Assembly (NCBI GenBank): GCA_014905635.1
Contig: JABVCE010000002.1
Coordinates: forward strand, 2,604,001 to 2,668,000
From: Scenedesmus sp. PABB004
Taxonomy: Eukaryota
Direction of reading: 5' to 3'
Length of the DNA stretch: 64,000 bases
Shown: in pieces, positions 35,943 to 48,151 of the stretch
Position numbering within the stretch: position 1 is the stretch's first letter
How the letters are laid out: the number at the start of each line of letters is the position of its first letter
Position numbers and translations under genes: made by a program
Notes under the pieces: model-generated
What the model was told of the DNA's origin: nothing
Databases searched by the model: none
Seen by the model: only the letters and a program-made list of their open reading frames with translations

Positions 35943-36429
35943 CGCCATCACAATCTGCACGGACGCGCGCATGCGCGGGCGCACGTGGCTGCGACGGCTC
36001 TGCATCACTTGCACGTGCGCGCGCAGCCCCGCTGCACAGCAAGCGGGCGCGGCCTGTCGCGATGTGAGCTGAACTGAGCGAGTTGGGGCGGGCTTTTGCA
36101 CTGCATTTGGTTGGTTGGGAAGAGCTGGGGCGGCGACGCATGCTGCTGCGCACCGCGCGCGGCGCCCCGACAGTTGCGGCGCGCGCCGCAACGGGCGCTG
36201 GCGGCGGCTCGTGCGCGCGGCCGCCGGTCGCAGCGAGTCGATGTGTGTGACAACACTGCTCCGCCGCCGCGACTCCCTCCACTGCCGCCGCGACGACTCC
36301 CTCGGACCGCCCTCCGCGCCCGCCACACGTGCTTGTGCCGCCGCCGCCGCCCCTGGAGCCCTCTCGTGAGGCATAAGTGCTGGCGCTGATTACGTGAGGC
36401 TGACGACGTGCAGCATCAGCACCGATGCC

Positions 36430-37506
36430 TCACGGCGAGCCGTCCACGCGCTGCTCGACGTACGGGAGGAATTTGCCGTTGAGCAGAATCTTGACGCGCC
36501 GCTCGCCCTGCGCCCCCACGCCCTGCTCTACAGTCGCCGAGAAGTCGATCGCGCTGGCGGGGGGCGGGGCGGGGCGCGTGGGCGTGCGGGCGCGGGCGCG
36601 GCAGGGGCGGGCGTGAGGCGGCGCGCGGGGCAGGGGAGAGCCGGCAAGCGGGGGCAGGGGACAGGCGGCGCGCGGGCGCTTGCGCTCGCGCTGCGCCCGG
36701 CGCCCGGCGGCCGGCGGCCGGCGGCCGCCGCCGCGCGAGCGTGTCCGGCGCGCGGGGCGCAGCCACGGTGCACCTCATGATGCCGTCGCCAAACTCTGCG
36801 CGCGCGGGGCGGGCGGGCCAGGGGGGCCCGCCTCGGCACGGCGCGCCGCGCGCGCGCGCGTGCGCCCCCGCCCGGCTGTGGCCGCCGCCGGCCTGCCCCC
36901 TCTTGGACCCGCGTCCGCCCCGCCCCGCCCGCCGCCCGCGCCGCGCGCCTTCGCTGATGATGGCCTTGAGCGCCTCGCCGCCGTGGGTGATGGCCTCGTA
37001 GAGGCGGTACACGGCCGGCTCCTGCAGTATCGCCGGGTCGAAGCGCCGGAACGGCGCGCGCTGCATCTCCGCCACGTCGCCGTCGGTCAGGCCCGGCACC
37101 GCCTTGCGCAGCGCCGGCACGGTGCGCGGCTGCAGCTGCTGCTGGTGGTGGAAGAGCTGCGCCGTGTAGACGTTGGTCAGCCCCAGCTCAGACGCGAGCT
37201 GACTGAAGCTCTTCCCGGTCGCCTCCTTGGCGGCGAGCAGCCGGCCCACCAGCGCCTCCTTGCCGCCCGCGCTCGGCGGCGCGCCCGGCAGCGACGGGTG
37301 CCCGGGCACGACCGCCGCGCGCCGCCGCACCGAGCGCCGCGCCTGCGGCGGCAGCAGCGGGGGCAGCAGCGCTGCGCTCGGCGGGGGTCGCCGAGCGGCG
37401 AGCGCCGGCAGCCAGCGCCAGAGCAGACCCGTACCCGCACCTGCTGGCCCGGCCGGCAGGTAGGGAGCGCTGACTGCGCGTGGGCGCGGCGCGAGAGCAG
37501 CAGCAT
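36430..37506 (-). CDS. CYN: Cyanate hydratase (cyanase) with N-terminal extension, 4 exons
   Basis: Motifs KSFSQLASELGLTNVYTAQL, QEPAVYRLYEA, KAIISE|EFGDGIM|SAIDF and LNGKFLPY, the canonical cyanase motifs. Confidence 0.95.
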
Positions 37507-37774
37507 CTTGCCGCCGCTGGCTCCTGCTGCGGCCGGGCAGGCTGCTGCGATGCGTGCGGGGCGGGGCGAGCGAGAGGTAATGCACTTGCGCCTGTCGTGG
37601 ATGCGCAGGTAAAAGCGGCGGGCAGCGGGGCAGCCGCGGTGCTGCGGCGCCAGGGTCCAGCAGTGGGCGCCGCCGAGGCACCAGCTGACCCTGGCTGGCC
37701 ACGGCAATCCTGCCGTGTTCCGAGCGCCGAAAACTGGCACAGAGCGGCGCACACGGCGGTGGCGAGCACTGCCG

Positions 37775-40700
37775 TCACCGCGGCGGCGCGCCGCGCCAGT
37801 TGAAGCCGCCCGGCCGCGACGTCCCGCTGACCCCGCTCCAGCTGGAGATGTGGCTGTTGCCGCTGGCGCTGCCGGCAAGGTGCCGGCTGCGCGTGCGGCG
37901 CTTTTCGGCCGCCGCGTGCAGGATGTCGCCCGCGCAAACGTCCACGTCGCACAGCGCGTGCACGCGCAGCTGGCCGTACGGCTGCTCCGGCGTCGCCACC
38001 ATCGCCTCACGCGCCTTGGCCTTGCAGCCCTGCGGACAGGGGGGAGCGGGGCGCTGCTGGCGGCCGCCGGGGGCGGTCGCGCGGCGCCGCGACCGCCGCG
38101 ACCGCCGCACCTGCAGCACCAGGGCAGCCAGGCCGCCGCCCAGCTCCGCCGCGGCGCCGTCCGGCTGCTGGATGGGCGCACCGCCGCCAGGCGGCTCCGG
38201 CGAGCCGCTCCGGCTGCGCGCGCCGTGCGCGCCCTGCGCGCGCCAGCCGCCCGCGTCGCCGCTGTGCTGCGACGCCAGGGGCTGCTGGCGCTGCTGCGGC
38301 TGCGGCTGCTCGCGGTGCCGGGCGCTGCTGCTGCGCCGCTGCTGCCCCTGCTGCTGCTGCTCCTGCTGCGGCTGGAGGTACAGGCCGTCGCGCAGCGGCT
38401 TGGGCGGCCGCGCGGCGGCGCCGCCCGCGTCCTGCCAGGTGCCCGGGCGGTCCAGGTCCCAGCCGTGCTCGCCCAGGCGCCCCACCAGGCCGCCGTCGAG
38501 CGTCCACAGCGCCACGGCGGCGTCGCGCCCCGCGCTGACGACGAGCGGCTGGATGACGCCCGGCGCGGGCGACGCAGCGGTGCCGCCGGCCGTGGAGCTC
38601 GACGTTGGCCGCGCCGGCACCAGGTCCACGCTCGTCACCGCGCCGTCGTGCGCCAGCCAGTGCGCGCGCTGCCGGGCGCGGCAGCACGGCAGCATGGGCG
38701 GGCGCGCGTCGGGGCGGCGGCCGCCAGCGCGGTGCGCGCGGCGGCGCGCCGCGGCGACGGCGCAGCGCGCACCTGCTTGAAGCTGGCCGCCGCGGCCTCG
38801 GCGCTGCTGGTGTCGATGCCCGCGGCGACGTCAAACACGCGCAGGTGGCCGCCGCTGTCCCCCAGCACCACCACGGTCGCGCCGCCGTCCACGCCCGCCG
38901 CGGACACCACGTCCAGCAGGCTGTTCGCGCCTGGCGGGCAGAGCTCAGCGCGGCGCCGGACGGTGAGCCCGGCTCACACGTCCGGCGCGTCTGCGCTGCG
39001 GCGGCGGTGCCCCGGCGCAGGCGCGAGCTCGCGCCGGCTCACCCGGGAGCATGCAGAGCATGGCACCCTGCGCAAGGTGGTTGATGCTCCACACACGCAC
39101 AAGGCCATCGCCGCCGGCCGAGAGCAGGAGCAGCGCGTCAGGCTCCTCCTGTGCCTCCTCCTCGGCCTCCGCCGGCTCGCGGCCGCTGACGGGCTGCTGC
39201 CCCAGCCCGCCGCCAGGCTCGCCTGCCGCGCCGTCCAGCTGCTGCGCGCCGTGCAGCCCGCACTCCGCCGCCCCCCCCGACGTGCTGGGCACCTCGGACC
39301 CCAGCACCAAGCTCGGCTGCTCCTGCTGGTCGGCTGCAGGCTCGCCGTCGCCGGCAAAAAAGCCCTCCGCGCTGCTCGCCGCCGCCGCCCCGGCGCGCTC
39401 CGTGGCTGCCGCGGCCGCGTCCGCCGCCGCGGCGCGCTCTGCGGCCGCGTCTGCCGCCGCTGCGCGCTGCGCGGGGCTGAACGCCGGGACCCACAGCAGC
39501 CGCTCCACGCTCGTCTCGTAGCGCTCCGCACTGCGGCGCGCGGCGACCGGTCAACGGCCGGCCAGGCGAGCCGGGCGCCGCGCGTGCGCCCGTGCGCGTG
39601 GCCTCGCACCGGTGGCTGAGCCACGACTTGCGCTCCCCGGTGAAAAGGCCCCACACCACGATGTGGCCCTGGTAGTCGCCTGGTGCCAGCAGTAGGGGCG
39701 GGCCGTCGGCACCAGGCCCCCGGCTCCCCGGCGCCGCGCGGGGGGAGCCCGGCTGCGCCGCAGCGCAGCGCGTCGCGCGCGCACCCGTGGCGAGCAGGCC
39801 GCGGCGCGCGTGCGCGGCCATGGCGGTGACGTCCTCGCGGTGCCCCTCCAGCGCCTTGTACGTGCTCACGCGCTCGCCCTCCGTGTCCTCCCACACAAAC
39901 ACCTTGGTGTTCCAGCCCGCCGCGAAGAGCGTGTCGGCGCCGCGCTTGTCGTCGCGCGCAAACAGCACCTCGCACACCTCCAGCGGCGCCTGGTTGTGCA
40001 CAAAGCTGCCGCGGCGGGGGCGGCGCCGACCCGGCTGGGTGCACGGCGGCCGCGGGGGCCCTCTGCCTCCACAGCCACGCGCCCGCCGCACCTGCGCAGG
40101 CGCGCGCCGTTGTGAAAGTTGTACATGTGAATGCTGCCGTCGTTGGCCGCCGTCACGAGGCGGCGCTGGCGCTTGTCAAAGGTCAGCGCCGTCACGCGGC
40201 TCCCGCCGTGGTCGCCCGCAAAGCGGCCCACGCGCGCCCCGTCCTGCAGCGCCGGCGCCGGCGGCGGCAGCGGCGGCGGCGGCGGCCGTTGGACGCGGCG
40301 GCGCCGGCAGGCCGCGCGCCGGCAGGCCGCGCGGCTGGCGCTGCGCGGCAGGGCGCGGCGCGCGAGCGCGCGCGCGCGCCTGCAGGTTCCACACGCACGC
40401 CGTGCCGCCCTCGTCGACGCTGACCACCACCGCAAAGGTGGCGTTGAACAGCGCGCCGCGCACGGGCTCGCGGTGCCCGGTGCGGTCCGCGCTCGTGACC
40501 TTGTGCTGCCACGCGCAGGGCCGGAGCGCCGCGGTCACGAGCCGCCTCCGCGTGCTGTCGTACGCCATGCACGTCGGCGCGGAGTCCTCGGCGCGCGACC
40601 AGTCGTCCTGCGCGCCGCGGCGGCGTGGCGGGCGCGCTCGCCCCGCGGCGACTAGCCGGCCAAGCCTGCCGCGGGCCTGCCGCGCGCCGCGCACCGCGCC

Positions 40701-42507
40701 GCGCGCGCCGCACCGGCGTCATGGTCTGCAGGCAGCGGTGGTTGCGCAGGTCCCAGAGCTTGATGGTGTGGTCGGTGCTGAGCGTGAAGACGTGGTTGGT
40801 CCCCGCGTCGAGGCTGATGTGCGCCACGCTGCTCGTGTGCCCGCGCAGCTCCCCGATCTTGCGCCCCGTCGTGCCCTGCGCGCGCGCGGGGCGGGCGGGC
40901 CAAGGCGGGATCGGGGCGGCAGCAGGCCGAGGGGCCCGTTGGCCGCGCAGGCCCGCCGCCGGCCCGCCGCCCCCGCGGCTCACGTGCCACACGATCACGT
41001 CGCGCTCGAGGCCGGCCGAGGCGAAGCACGAGTACGCGGCGCACCACACCCACCCGCGCACGCCCTTGGCGTGGTGCCGGCACACGTGGCTCACGCGCTC
41101 GCGGTTGATGTCGTACGTCTGCACCGTGCCGTCGAGGCTGCTGCTCACGAGCCCGACCTCGGGGACCCACCCGATCTGGGTGACCCAGTCGCTGTGCGCG
41201 GTGTGGAGGTAGATGTAGTCCTGCGCGCGCGCGTGTGTGTGTGTGGGGGGGGGGGCGGTGAGTGTGTGTGTGTGTGTGTGTGGGGGGGGGGGGTGTTGGG
41301 TGTGTGTGAGGGAAGGGACCGCGAACGAGGGCGGCAGCGAGGGAGAAAGGGCGGCGCGCGCGGCCGCGCCTTGTGGTGCTGCGTGGCGATGAGGTCGCGC
41401 GCGGGCATCTCGCGGCTGCCGCAGAGCAGCAGCACAGCCGCGCCGCGCGAGTCGCCGTACACCACGCGCTCGCCCGCGTCGCCGGCGAGCACTGCGAGGC
41501 AGAGCGGCACGCCCATGCCGCCGCACGCGTAGACGCGGCCGGTGAGGTCGTACGCGCCGCGGTGGGTGTCATAGTAGGTGAGCGCGCGGTCCATGCTCGC
41601 CGCAACGAGCTTGCGGCTCCCGGGCAGGTACAGCGCGTCGGTCAGCCAGGCGGCGCCGTTGGCGAGCGTGCGCGCGTGCGAGAGGTCGCCGCCGTTCCAC
41701 AGGCGCAGGCTGCCGTCGCGGCCGAGGCTGACGACCTTGTCGATCGGGGCGCAGTAGAACACGCGGTCAACCTGCAGCGGCGGCGGCGTGTGAGTGTGTG
41801 TGTGTGAGTGTGAGTGTGTGAGTGTGAGTGGGTGGGTGTGAGTGTGTGTGTGTGGGGGGGGGGGTGGGGTGGGGGGCGGGCAGGGAGTGCGCGGTGGGCG
41901 GCGGGCGGCGGTGGCGGGCCGGCGCACGCGCCGCGCTGCCGGCGCGCCGCGCCACCGCGCCGCCGCCGCCGCGCCTGGTCGTGGTGCGCCGCCGCGGCCT
42001 CGCCCTTGGCGCGCGGCCGGGGCGCGTCCGGGAAGAGCCGCCACTCGGCGCCGCTCGGCTCGCCGCCGCCGGCCTGGGCGCGCTCCAAGTACATGTAGGA
42101 CGTGAATTCATCCCTGGAGCCCCCCGCCACGGCACACAGCGGTTGCAGCGGCGGCGGCGGCGGCGGCGGCGCCGCGGCGGCGGCGCGGCGGCGGCGCGGC
42201 GTGGCGCGGCGCGGCGCGCCGCGCACCAGTCGACGGTGCCGCCGGCGTCGGCGTCGATCTTCAGGAACAGCTGCGCGACCTGCGCCCGCTTGAGCCCGAC
42301 GCCGAGGTGGGGCCCCAGCTTGGCGCAGAACTCGTCGATGTCGAGCTCGCCGCTGCCGTCCTCGTCCGCCTCCTGCGGTCGGTCGGCGCGGCCGGTCGGC
42401 GGCGCGGCCCGTGCCGCGCCGCTGCTGCTGCCAGCGCGGCGCACCTCGAAGATGCGCTTCAGCGTCTTGAGGCTCTCCAAGTTGATCTCGTCGTCCCCGT
42501 CCGCCAT
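37775..42507 (-). CDS. EF-hand plus WD40-repeat protein (WDR49/WDY/EFCAB8-type, ciliary family)
   Basis: Paired EF-hands DEDGSGELDIDEF and DADAGGTVDW|DEF, followed by many WD repeats (HSDWV, GHTSSV..IKLWD, GHREDV, HDGAV..VALWT). Confidence 0.85.
41788..41853. repeat. (GT)n/(GTGTGA)n intronic microsatellite; a similar tract lies at 41233-41310
   Basis: Visible TG/GA dinucleotide runs flanked by poly-G. Confidence 0.85.
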
Positions 42508-42955
42508 GGCCGCCGCGCTGCTGCTCCCAGCAAAATTTGACTGGCGCCCCGCAGCGGCGACGGCGGCCGCTAGGAGGCGCAGCGCACCGGGACCTGTCGC
42601 AGGCTGGCGTCTGCGTGTGTCAGGGCCGGCGGCGCAGACCCTCGCGCTGCGGCGCGGCGGTTCCGCTGCTGGAGCGCAGCAGCGAGCAGCGGCGCCGCTG
42701 CTTGTCCAGCGCGCTGCGCCCGCCGTCCGCAGTTGTTCTGCTCGACTCTTCCCGCTGCCTCACCGCGGTGCGGCCGCCACCGCGCCTGTCGAACAGCCGG
42801 AGCGAGCGGCTCGCCCCAGCTCGCAAGTCCCGCGCGCTCGGCGCCCGCGGCATCGCGCATGCATGCACGTAAGCTGAAGTGACACCTCAACTCTCCACGC
42901 AGACAGCTCGAGGGCCCGGCCGAGCCCCGCCGCGAGCGCGGCGGGGCGGCGACGC

Positions 42956-44605
42956 ATGGCGGCGCCGCTGCCGGGCCGCCGCGCCCAGCTGGCCAGCCGT
43001 GAGCTTTCCCGACCGACACCACGATCCCCGGCGCTCTCTATTCGAGCACAACTGTTGCCAGGGGCGGCCCGCGGCGTGCTGAGCAGCGCGAGCGCGGCGG
43101 CGGCGCGGCTCAACCCGCTGCGCCTGCTCGCGCCGGTCGCGCCGGTCACGCCGGTCGCGCCGGTGGTCCCCACGGCCGGTAAGGAGGCGTTTGTCGTGGT
43201 CACGCAGCGCCCAGGGGCACCGGCGGGCGGCGCGTGCGACTGGGCCGGCGCCGACGGTGCGGGGGGCCTGCAGGCCCAGCAGCTGCGCTTCGCCAAGCAC
43301 CTGGCGGCGGCGAGCAACGGCGTCGCGCCGGCGGCGGCGCGCTCGGAGAGCATGGCATGGCTGCTCTTCGACGCCAAGCGGGCCCAGGCCGCGCTGTTTG
43401 GCGGCGAAGGACCGCCGCCATGCGACGCCGCGTCGTGGCTGGCGGCGCCCGGCGGCCGCGCCCTGCTCGAGCGCCTGCTGCTGCTGGGCGGCGCGCTCGC
43501 CGAGCTGGGCACGGCCGACGGGCTCGCGCCGCTGGCGTCGGGCGCGGGCGCGCGCGCCGTCGCGTCGCTGGACTACGCCCGCTTGCTGGAGAGGTTCCTG
43601 GCCCAGCACGGCGCGGTGCTGGCGGAGGCCTTTGCGGCGGCGCTGCCGAACGACGAGCTGCAGGCAAAGGCCGTCCACGTCGCCGCGTGCCTGGAGACGC
43701 GGTGCGTCGTGCACGCGCTGCTCTTTGAGAAAATCATAGAGCGCGCCGGCGGCGCACCGGAGCACGCGGGCGCCTGGGCGGCCGCGCCGGGCTGGCCCGC
43801 GCCGCCCGGCCCCGCCGCGCCCGTGGTGAGCGTCAGCGTGACCAACCACAGCAGCCTGACCAGCAGCCTGGCCAACCACAGCAGCGCGCGCGCCGCCGCC
43901 GGCGCGGCGAGCGAGGCGGCCGCGGCCGCGTCCGCGGCAGCGCACGCGCCGCGCGGCGACGGGCTCGCCGCGCGCGTGGGCGCCGCGTTTGCGCTGGTCA
44001 TTTTCGTCGGCGGCCGCCTCCTCGCCGTCGTGCTTGGCGTGGCCGGCTTCGCGCGGGACCTGATAATGCAGCTCCTGCTGCTGCGGAGCCTCGCGGCGGC
44101 GAGCCGGGGCCTGGCGGCCGCGGCGCCGCCAGGTGCCAGTGCACTGGCCGCGCAGCCGGCGTGGGCGGGCGCGCGCCGCGCGCCGGCGGCGGCCGCAGCG
44201 GCGGCGCCGCCGGCGGCAGCAGCGCAGTCCTCGTGGGCTCCCGTCGTGGCGGGCCCCCCGCTCAGCCCTGCTGCGGCGACGGTGGCGCCGCGGCGCGGCG
44301 CGCGGCGCTCGCAGGGCCAGCGCCCGCTGCCCCGGGCGCTGGGCTGCCTCGGCCTGCTCTCGGCGGAGCCGCTGGCCAGCGGCGCCGCCGTGCGCGCGGC
44401 CAGCACGCCGTCAGCGGCGGCGGCGCTGTTTGAGCAGCTGCTCGCGCAGCGGGAGCGGCGCAAGGAGGCTGGCCGGCAGCAGCAGCGCCCCGGGCACCGG
44501 CGCGGCGCGGCGGGGCTGGGCGCGGGCGGCGGGGAGCTGCTGTACCAGCTGTGGGCGCCCGAGGCTGCGCGCGAGGCGGAGCTGCTCGGCGGCGCGGCGG
44601 CGTGA
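42956..44605 (+). CDS. Hypothetical intronless 549-aa protein with a hydrophobic segment
   Basis: Continuous ORF with GC3-biased codons and globular-like composition (MAWLLFDAKRAQ, LDYARLLERF, CVVHALLFEKII). TM-like VGAAFALVIFVGGRLLAVVLGVAGF. TGTAA at 44617-44621. Confidence 0.7.
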   Translation: MAAPLPGRRAQLASRELSRPTPRSPALSIRAQLLPGAARGVLSSASAAAARLNPLRLLAPVAPVTPVAPVVPTAGKEAFVVVTQRPGAPAGGACDWAGADGAGGLQAQQLRFAKHLAAASNGVAPAAARSESMAWLLFDAKRAQAALFGGEGPPPCDAASWLAAPGGRALLERLLLLGGALAELGTADGLAPLASGAGARAVASLDYARLLERFLAQHGAVLAEAFAAALPNDELQAKAVHVAACLETRCVVHALLFEKIIERAGGAPEHAGAWAAAPGWPAPPGPAAPVVSVSVTNHSSLTSSLANHSSARAAAGAASEAAAAASAAAHAPRGDGLAARVGAAFALVIFVGGRLLAVVLGVAGFARDLIMQLLLLRSLAAASRGLAAAAPPGASALAAQPAWAGARRAPAAAAAAAPPAAAAQSSWAPVVAGPPLSPAAATVAPRRGARRSQGQRPLPRALGCLGLLSAEPLASGAAVRAASTPSAAAALFEQLLAQRERRKEAGRQQQRPGHRRGAAGLGAGGGELLYQLWAPEAAREAELLGGAAA

Positions 44606-44756
44606 CGCGCGGCCGCTGTAACCGCCGATGCAATCGCCGCAACGCTGCTCCGCTGCTGCTGCTGCGTGTCCGCCGCTGCTGGTCATTCTCATTCTTCGCC
44701 CTCGTTCGCCCCCTTGCCCCCCCCCTCTCCCCTCGACCCCCGTGATGCGGCCGGCC

Positions 44757-46027
44757 TCACACGTCCTTGGACGCAATCCATTTGACCTCCTTCGCCAGCA
44801 CCGCTCGCTGCTGCTTCAGCGCCGACAGCTTGACAGCGGCCTGTGCGTGCGCGGCCGCGGGCGGCGCGGCACTGTCGCTGCGCGGCGCCGGGCGCGGGCG
44901 CGGGGATCTGCGCGGCGGCAGGCGGCGCCGCCGCGCCCCGCGGCCGCACCTCGCTGCGCAGCTCGGTCACGCGCGCGCTCGCGCGCATGCTGCGCAGGTC
45001 GTCCAGCACGGCGTTGGTCAGCCGCTGCGACTTGGCGACGCTCGACTCGAGGCGCTGCAGCTCCTGCCGCGCCGCCCTGCGCGCCGCCGCGAACCGGGGG
45101 GCGCCCGCCCGCGTCAGCGGCCGGCCGGCCGGCGGGAGGGGCCGGCGCCCGCCGCGCGCCCGCCGCGCGCCGCGCACGCTCGCGCCCGCGCGCCGCCGCC
45201 GCCGCCGGGCCAGCCTCACTTAAGCTTCTGATAGCCCCGTGTCATCTCCTCGTACGCGTGCGCCGCGCGCTCCTGGAGCTTCTTGCTCTCCGCCGCAAAC
45301 TCGTCGGCCTTGGCGCCGATGGTCGACAGCTTGGCCTCCGCGCCCGCGAGCACCGCGTCGGGGTTGCGCAGCCGCCCCAGCGTCAGCCGGTACACCATGC
45401 GCCGCGCGCCTGCGGGCGGGCGCGGCGGGCGCAGCGGGCGTGGGCGCGCGCGCGCGCGTGGGGCGCGCCGTCGGGCGGCGCGGCGCGGCGCGGCGGCGGC
45501 GGCGCGCCCGGGCGCGCACCCGGCACCGCCGCGATCAGCAGCGTCGCGGCCGCGGGGTAGGAGATGTAGGGGTGGTGCACGGCGTACGAGATGCCCTCTG
45601 CGCGCACCGTGGCCGGCGGCGGCGGCGGCGGCGGCGGTGAGCGCGCGGCGCTCCGCAGCAGCGGCGCCGGCCTGTTTTGGCTTGCCTTTGAGCTTGGCAA
45701 ACGCCTCGTCCTGCAGAGCCTCGCCCTGCGCCAGCGTGGCCTCGCCGTGCGCCTGCGGGCGCGGGGGAAGGGGGGATGGCTCCGCTTCCATCTGCTGCTG
45801 CTCCCCGGCGCGCCCGCGCTCGCCAGGGCCCCCAGCGACGCCGACGGCCGCGAGCGCGGCCGCCGCCGCACCTTGGCCACGCCCCACACGCCGCAGGCCC
45901 ACTCCAGCGCCGCCGAGGCCTGCGCCGTCGCCGCGCCGACTGTCTTCTTCACGCCTCCCGCCGCCGCGCTGCCGAGCTCGTCGAGCTTGGCCTCCGCCTT
46001 CTCCGCCAGCTCCTTCGCGGATTCCAT
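44757..46027 (-). CDS. RHIP1: RGS1-HXK1-interacting protein 1-like, 6 exons
   Basis: Spliced product QDEAFAKLK|EGISYAVHHP...GARRMVYRLTLGRLRN...ESKKLQERAAHAYEEMTRG resembles plant RHIP1 (TM plus coiled coil). Confidence 0.7.
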
Positions 46028-46445
46028 GGCGGCCCGCGGCGCCGCCGCGTCGCGCGTCGGGCGGCGGCGCTGCTGCCTCGCTCGCGGGGCGCGCGCGCTC
46101 GCTCGCGGCGGCGAGCGCGGGATCGGGGTCGCTTTGTGGCACGGCAGGGGCGCCGCCACGGGTGTGTGACGGCGCGCCAGCGGCAGGGGTGTGCGGCGGA
46201 GCGAACAGAACCCCGCGGGCGCGGGCGCCGGCGATCTCAGGGGACGCGCTGCCGCAGCGTTGCTCGGCCGCTGCGGGCAGCCCGGCAACCGGCACCGCGC
46301 GCACGCGCCAACGCTGCCTGCTCGCCCGCGGCGCGCGGCCGCCGCCCCTGCGGCGACCGGCGCGCCAACGTCTCCGTCCTCCTCCGGCGCCCCGCGCGCC
46401 CCTCGCCTCCTGCTGCTGCTGCTGCTGCTCCGCCGGCGCGCCGGC

Positions 46446-48151
46446 TCAGCCGACGCGCAGGCGACGCGTCGTGCGCGCGACGAAGCCGCCCTTGATGGCC
46501 TGCACGGTGCGGCTCGCGCCGCACTGCTGGCAGCGCAGGTGCATCAGGCGCGTCGCGCTGTCCTTGTCCAGCAGCGTGTCGACGCTCTTGCAGCCCGGGC
46601 ACAGCACGTACCTGCCGCGGTGGCGGCGGCGGCGGCGGCGTGGGCGGCGCGAGGCGGCGGGGCGCGGGCGCGGCGGGCCGCGGGCGCCGCGCGGGCGCGG
46701 GCGCGGGCGCGGCGGGCCGTAAGCGCGGGCGCGAGGCGGTGCGGGTGGGCGCACTCGTTGACGTAGCGGCGCAGCACGGTCTCGAACGACTTGGGCAGGA
46801 AGCGGCCCTTGCACACGAGGCGGGCCTGGCCGTCGAGCGAGCCGCTCGTGCCGAGCTCGGCGAGCAGGAAGGCGCTCACGTGCTCGCTGTTGCGGTTCAT
46901 CGCCTTGCAGAGGTCGGTGAAGTTGGTGAACACGGTCTTCTTGGTGCCCTCGCGCGCGACCTGGCCGCGGCGGCGAGGTGCCAGGCGCGGGGCGGATGGG
47001 GTGACGCGTGACGAGCAAGAGGGAGGAGGGAGGGCGGGGCGCGCAGGCGGGGCCCGGGGGCGGGTGTGTGCATGCGCGCGCGCGGCCGCCGCCGCCGCAC
47101 CTGGGGCGGCTTGAGCACCGTGCGGCGGCGCTCGCCCGTGAGCTCGGGGTTGCGCTCGCGCAGGATGCCAAACACGCGGTCTGCGGCACCCGCGGCAGCG
47201 GCGAGGCGGTGGCGGCGCGGGGAGGGGCGGGTCAGCGACGCCCGCCGCCGCGGGCGCACCGGGCGCTGCGCCGCGCGCGCGCGCGCGCGCGGGAGGGAGG
47301 GCGGGACGCCGGGCGCGCGCGCGCGCGCGCGGGGCGCACCCAGCAGCTCGTCGTAGGTGTACTCGCGGTCGGTGTTGGACCACGCAAACTTGCCGCCCTG
47401 CTCCGCCTCGCCGCGCTCCGCCGCCTCCGCCTCGGCCTCGGGGTCGTCGTCCGCAAACTCGTCCGCGCGCGCCTGCGCACGCGAGGCGGCGCGCGCGCGT
47501 CGGGCGGCGTGCCCCGGCGGGCGGCCGCCGCCGCGCTCCGCCGCGCCCCTGCTCCCGCGCCGCGCCCCGCAGCTGCGCCGCCACCGCGCTGCTCCGCCGC
47601 GCCCCCCGCTGCTGCCGCCGCGCCTTTTTCTTCTTCTTCTTCTTCTTGAGCGAGAGGTCTAGCAGGTCCTCGCCCTCCTCCTCCGCGCCCGCGGTGCCCG
47701 CCGCGTCGTCGCCGTCGGCCTGCGCCCGCGGCGCGCGCCGAGGAGGAGCGGCGGCGGCCGCCGCGTCGGCGGGCGCCCTCCCCGGCGCCATGCCCGCGCG
47801 CCCCGGGGCGCGCCCAGGCGCGGCGCAGGCGCGGCGGGCGCCGCCGGGCGGGGGCGCGCCCCGGCGGCGCCGCGGCGGCCGTCCATCACTCGCGCGGCAG
47901 CGGCCGCGCCGCGCCGCGCCGCCCGGCGCGCCCCGGGCCGCACCGCGGGCTCCTTCTTCTTCTTTTTCTTCTTGAGCCCCAGGTCCAGCCCCAGCTCGCC
48001 GTCGCCCTCCACTGCGCCGGCCGGGGCGGGGCGGCAGCAGCAGCGCGCTCGCCTCGCCCGCCCCGCGCCGCCGCGCGCGCGCGCCGCGCCCCGCCGCGGG
48101 CGCCGCCGCGCCTGCGAGCCCGTCCAGCTTCTCCGCCAGCTCCTCAGCCAT
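46446..48151 (-). CDS. EIF2S2: Eukaryotic translation initiation factor 2 subunit beta
   Basis: Poly-Lys boxes, [40 protein letters not shown] and a C2-C2 zinc ribbon (CPGC..CQQC). Confidence 0.97.
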
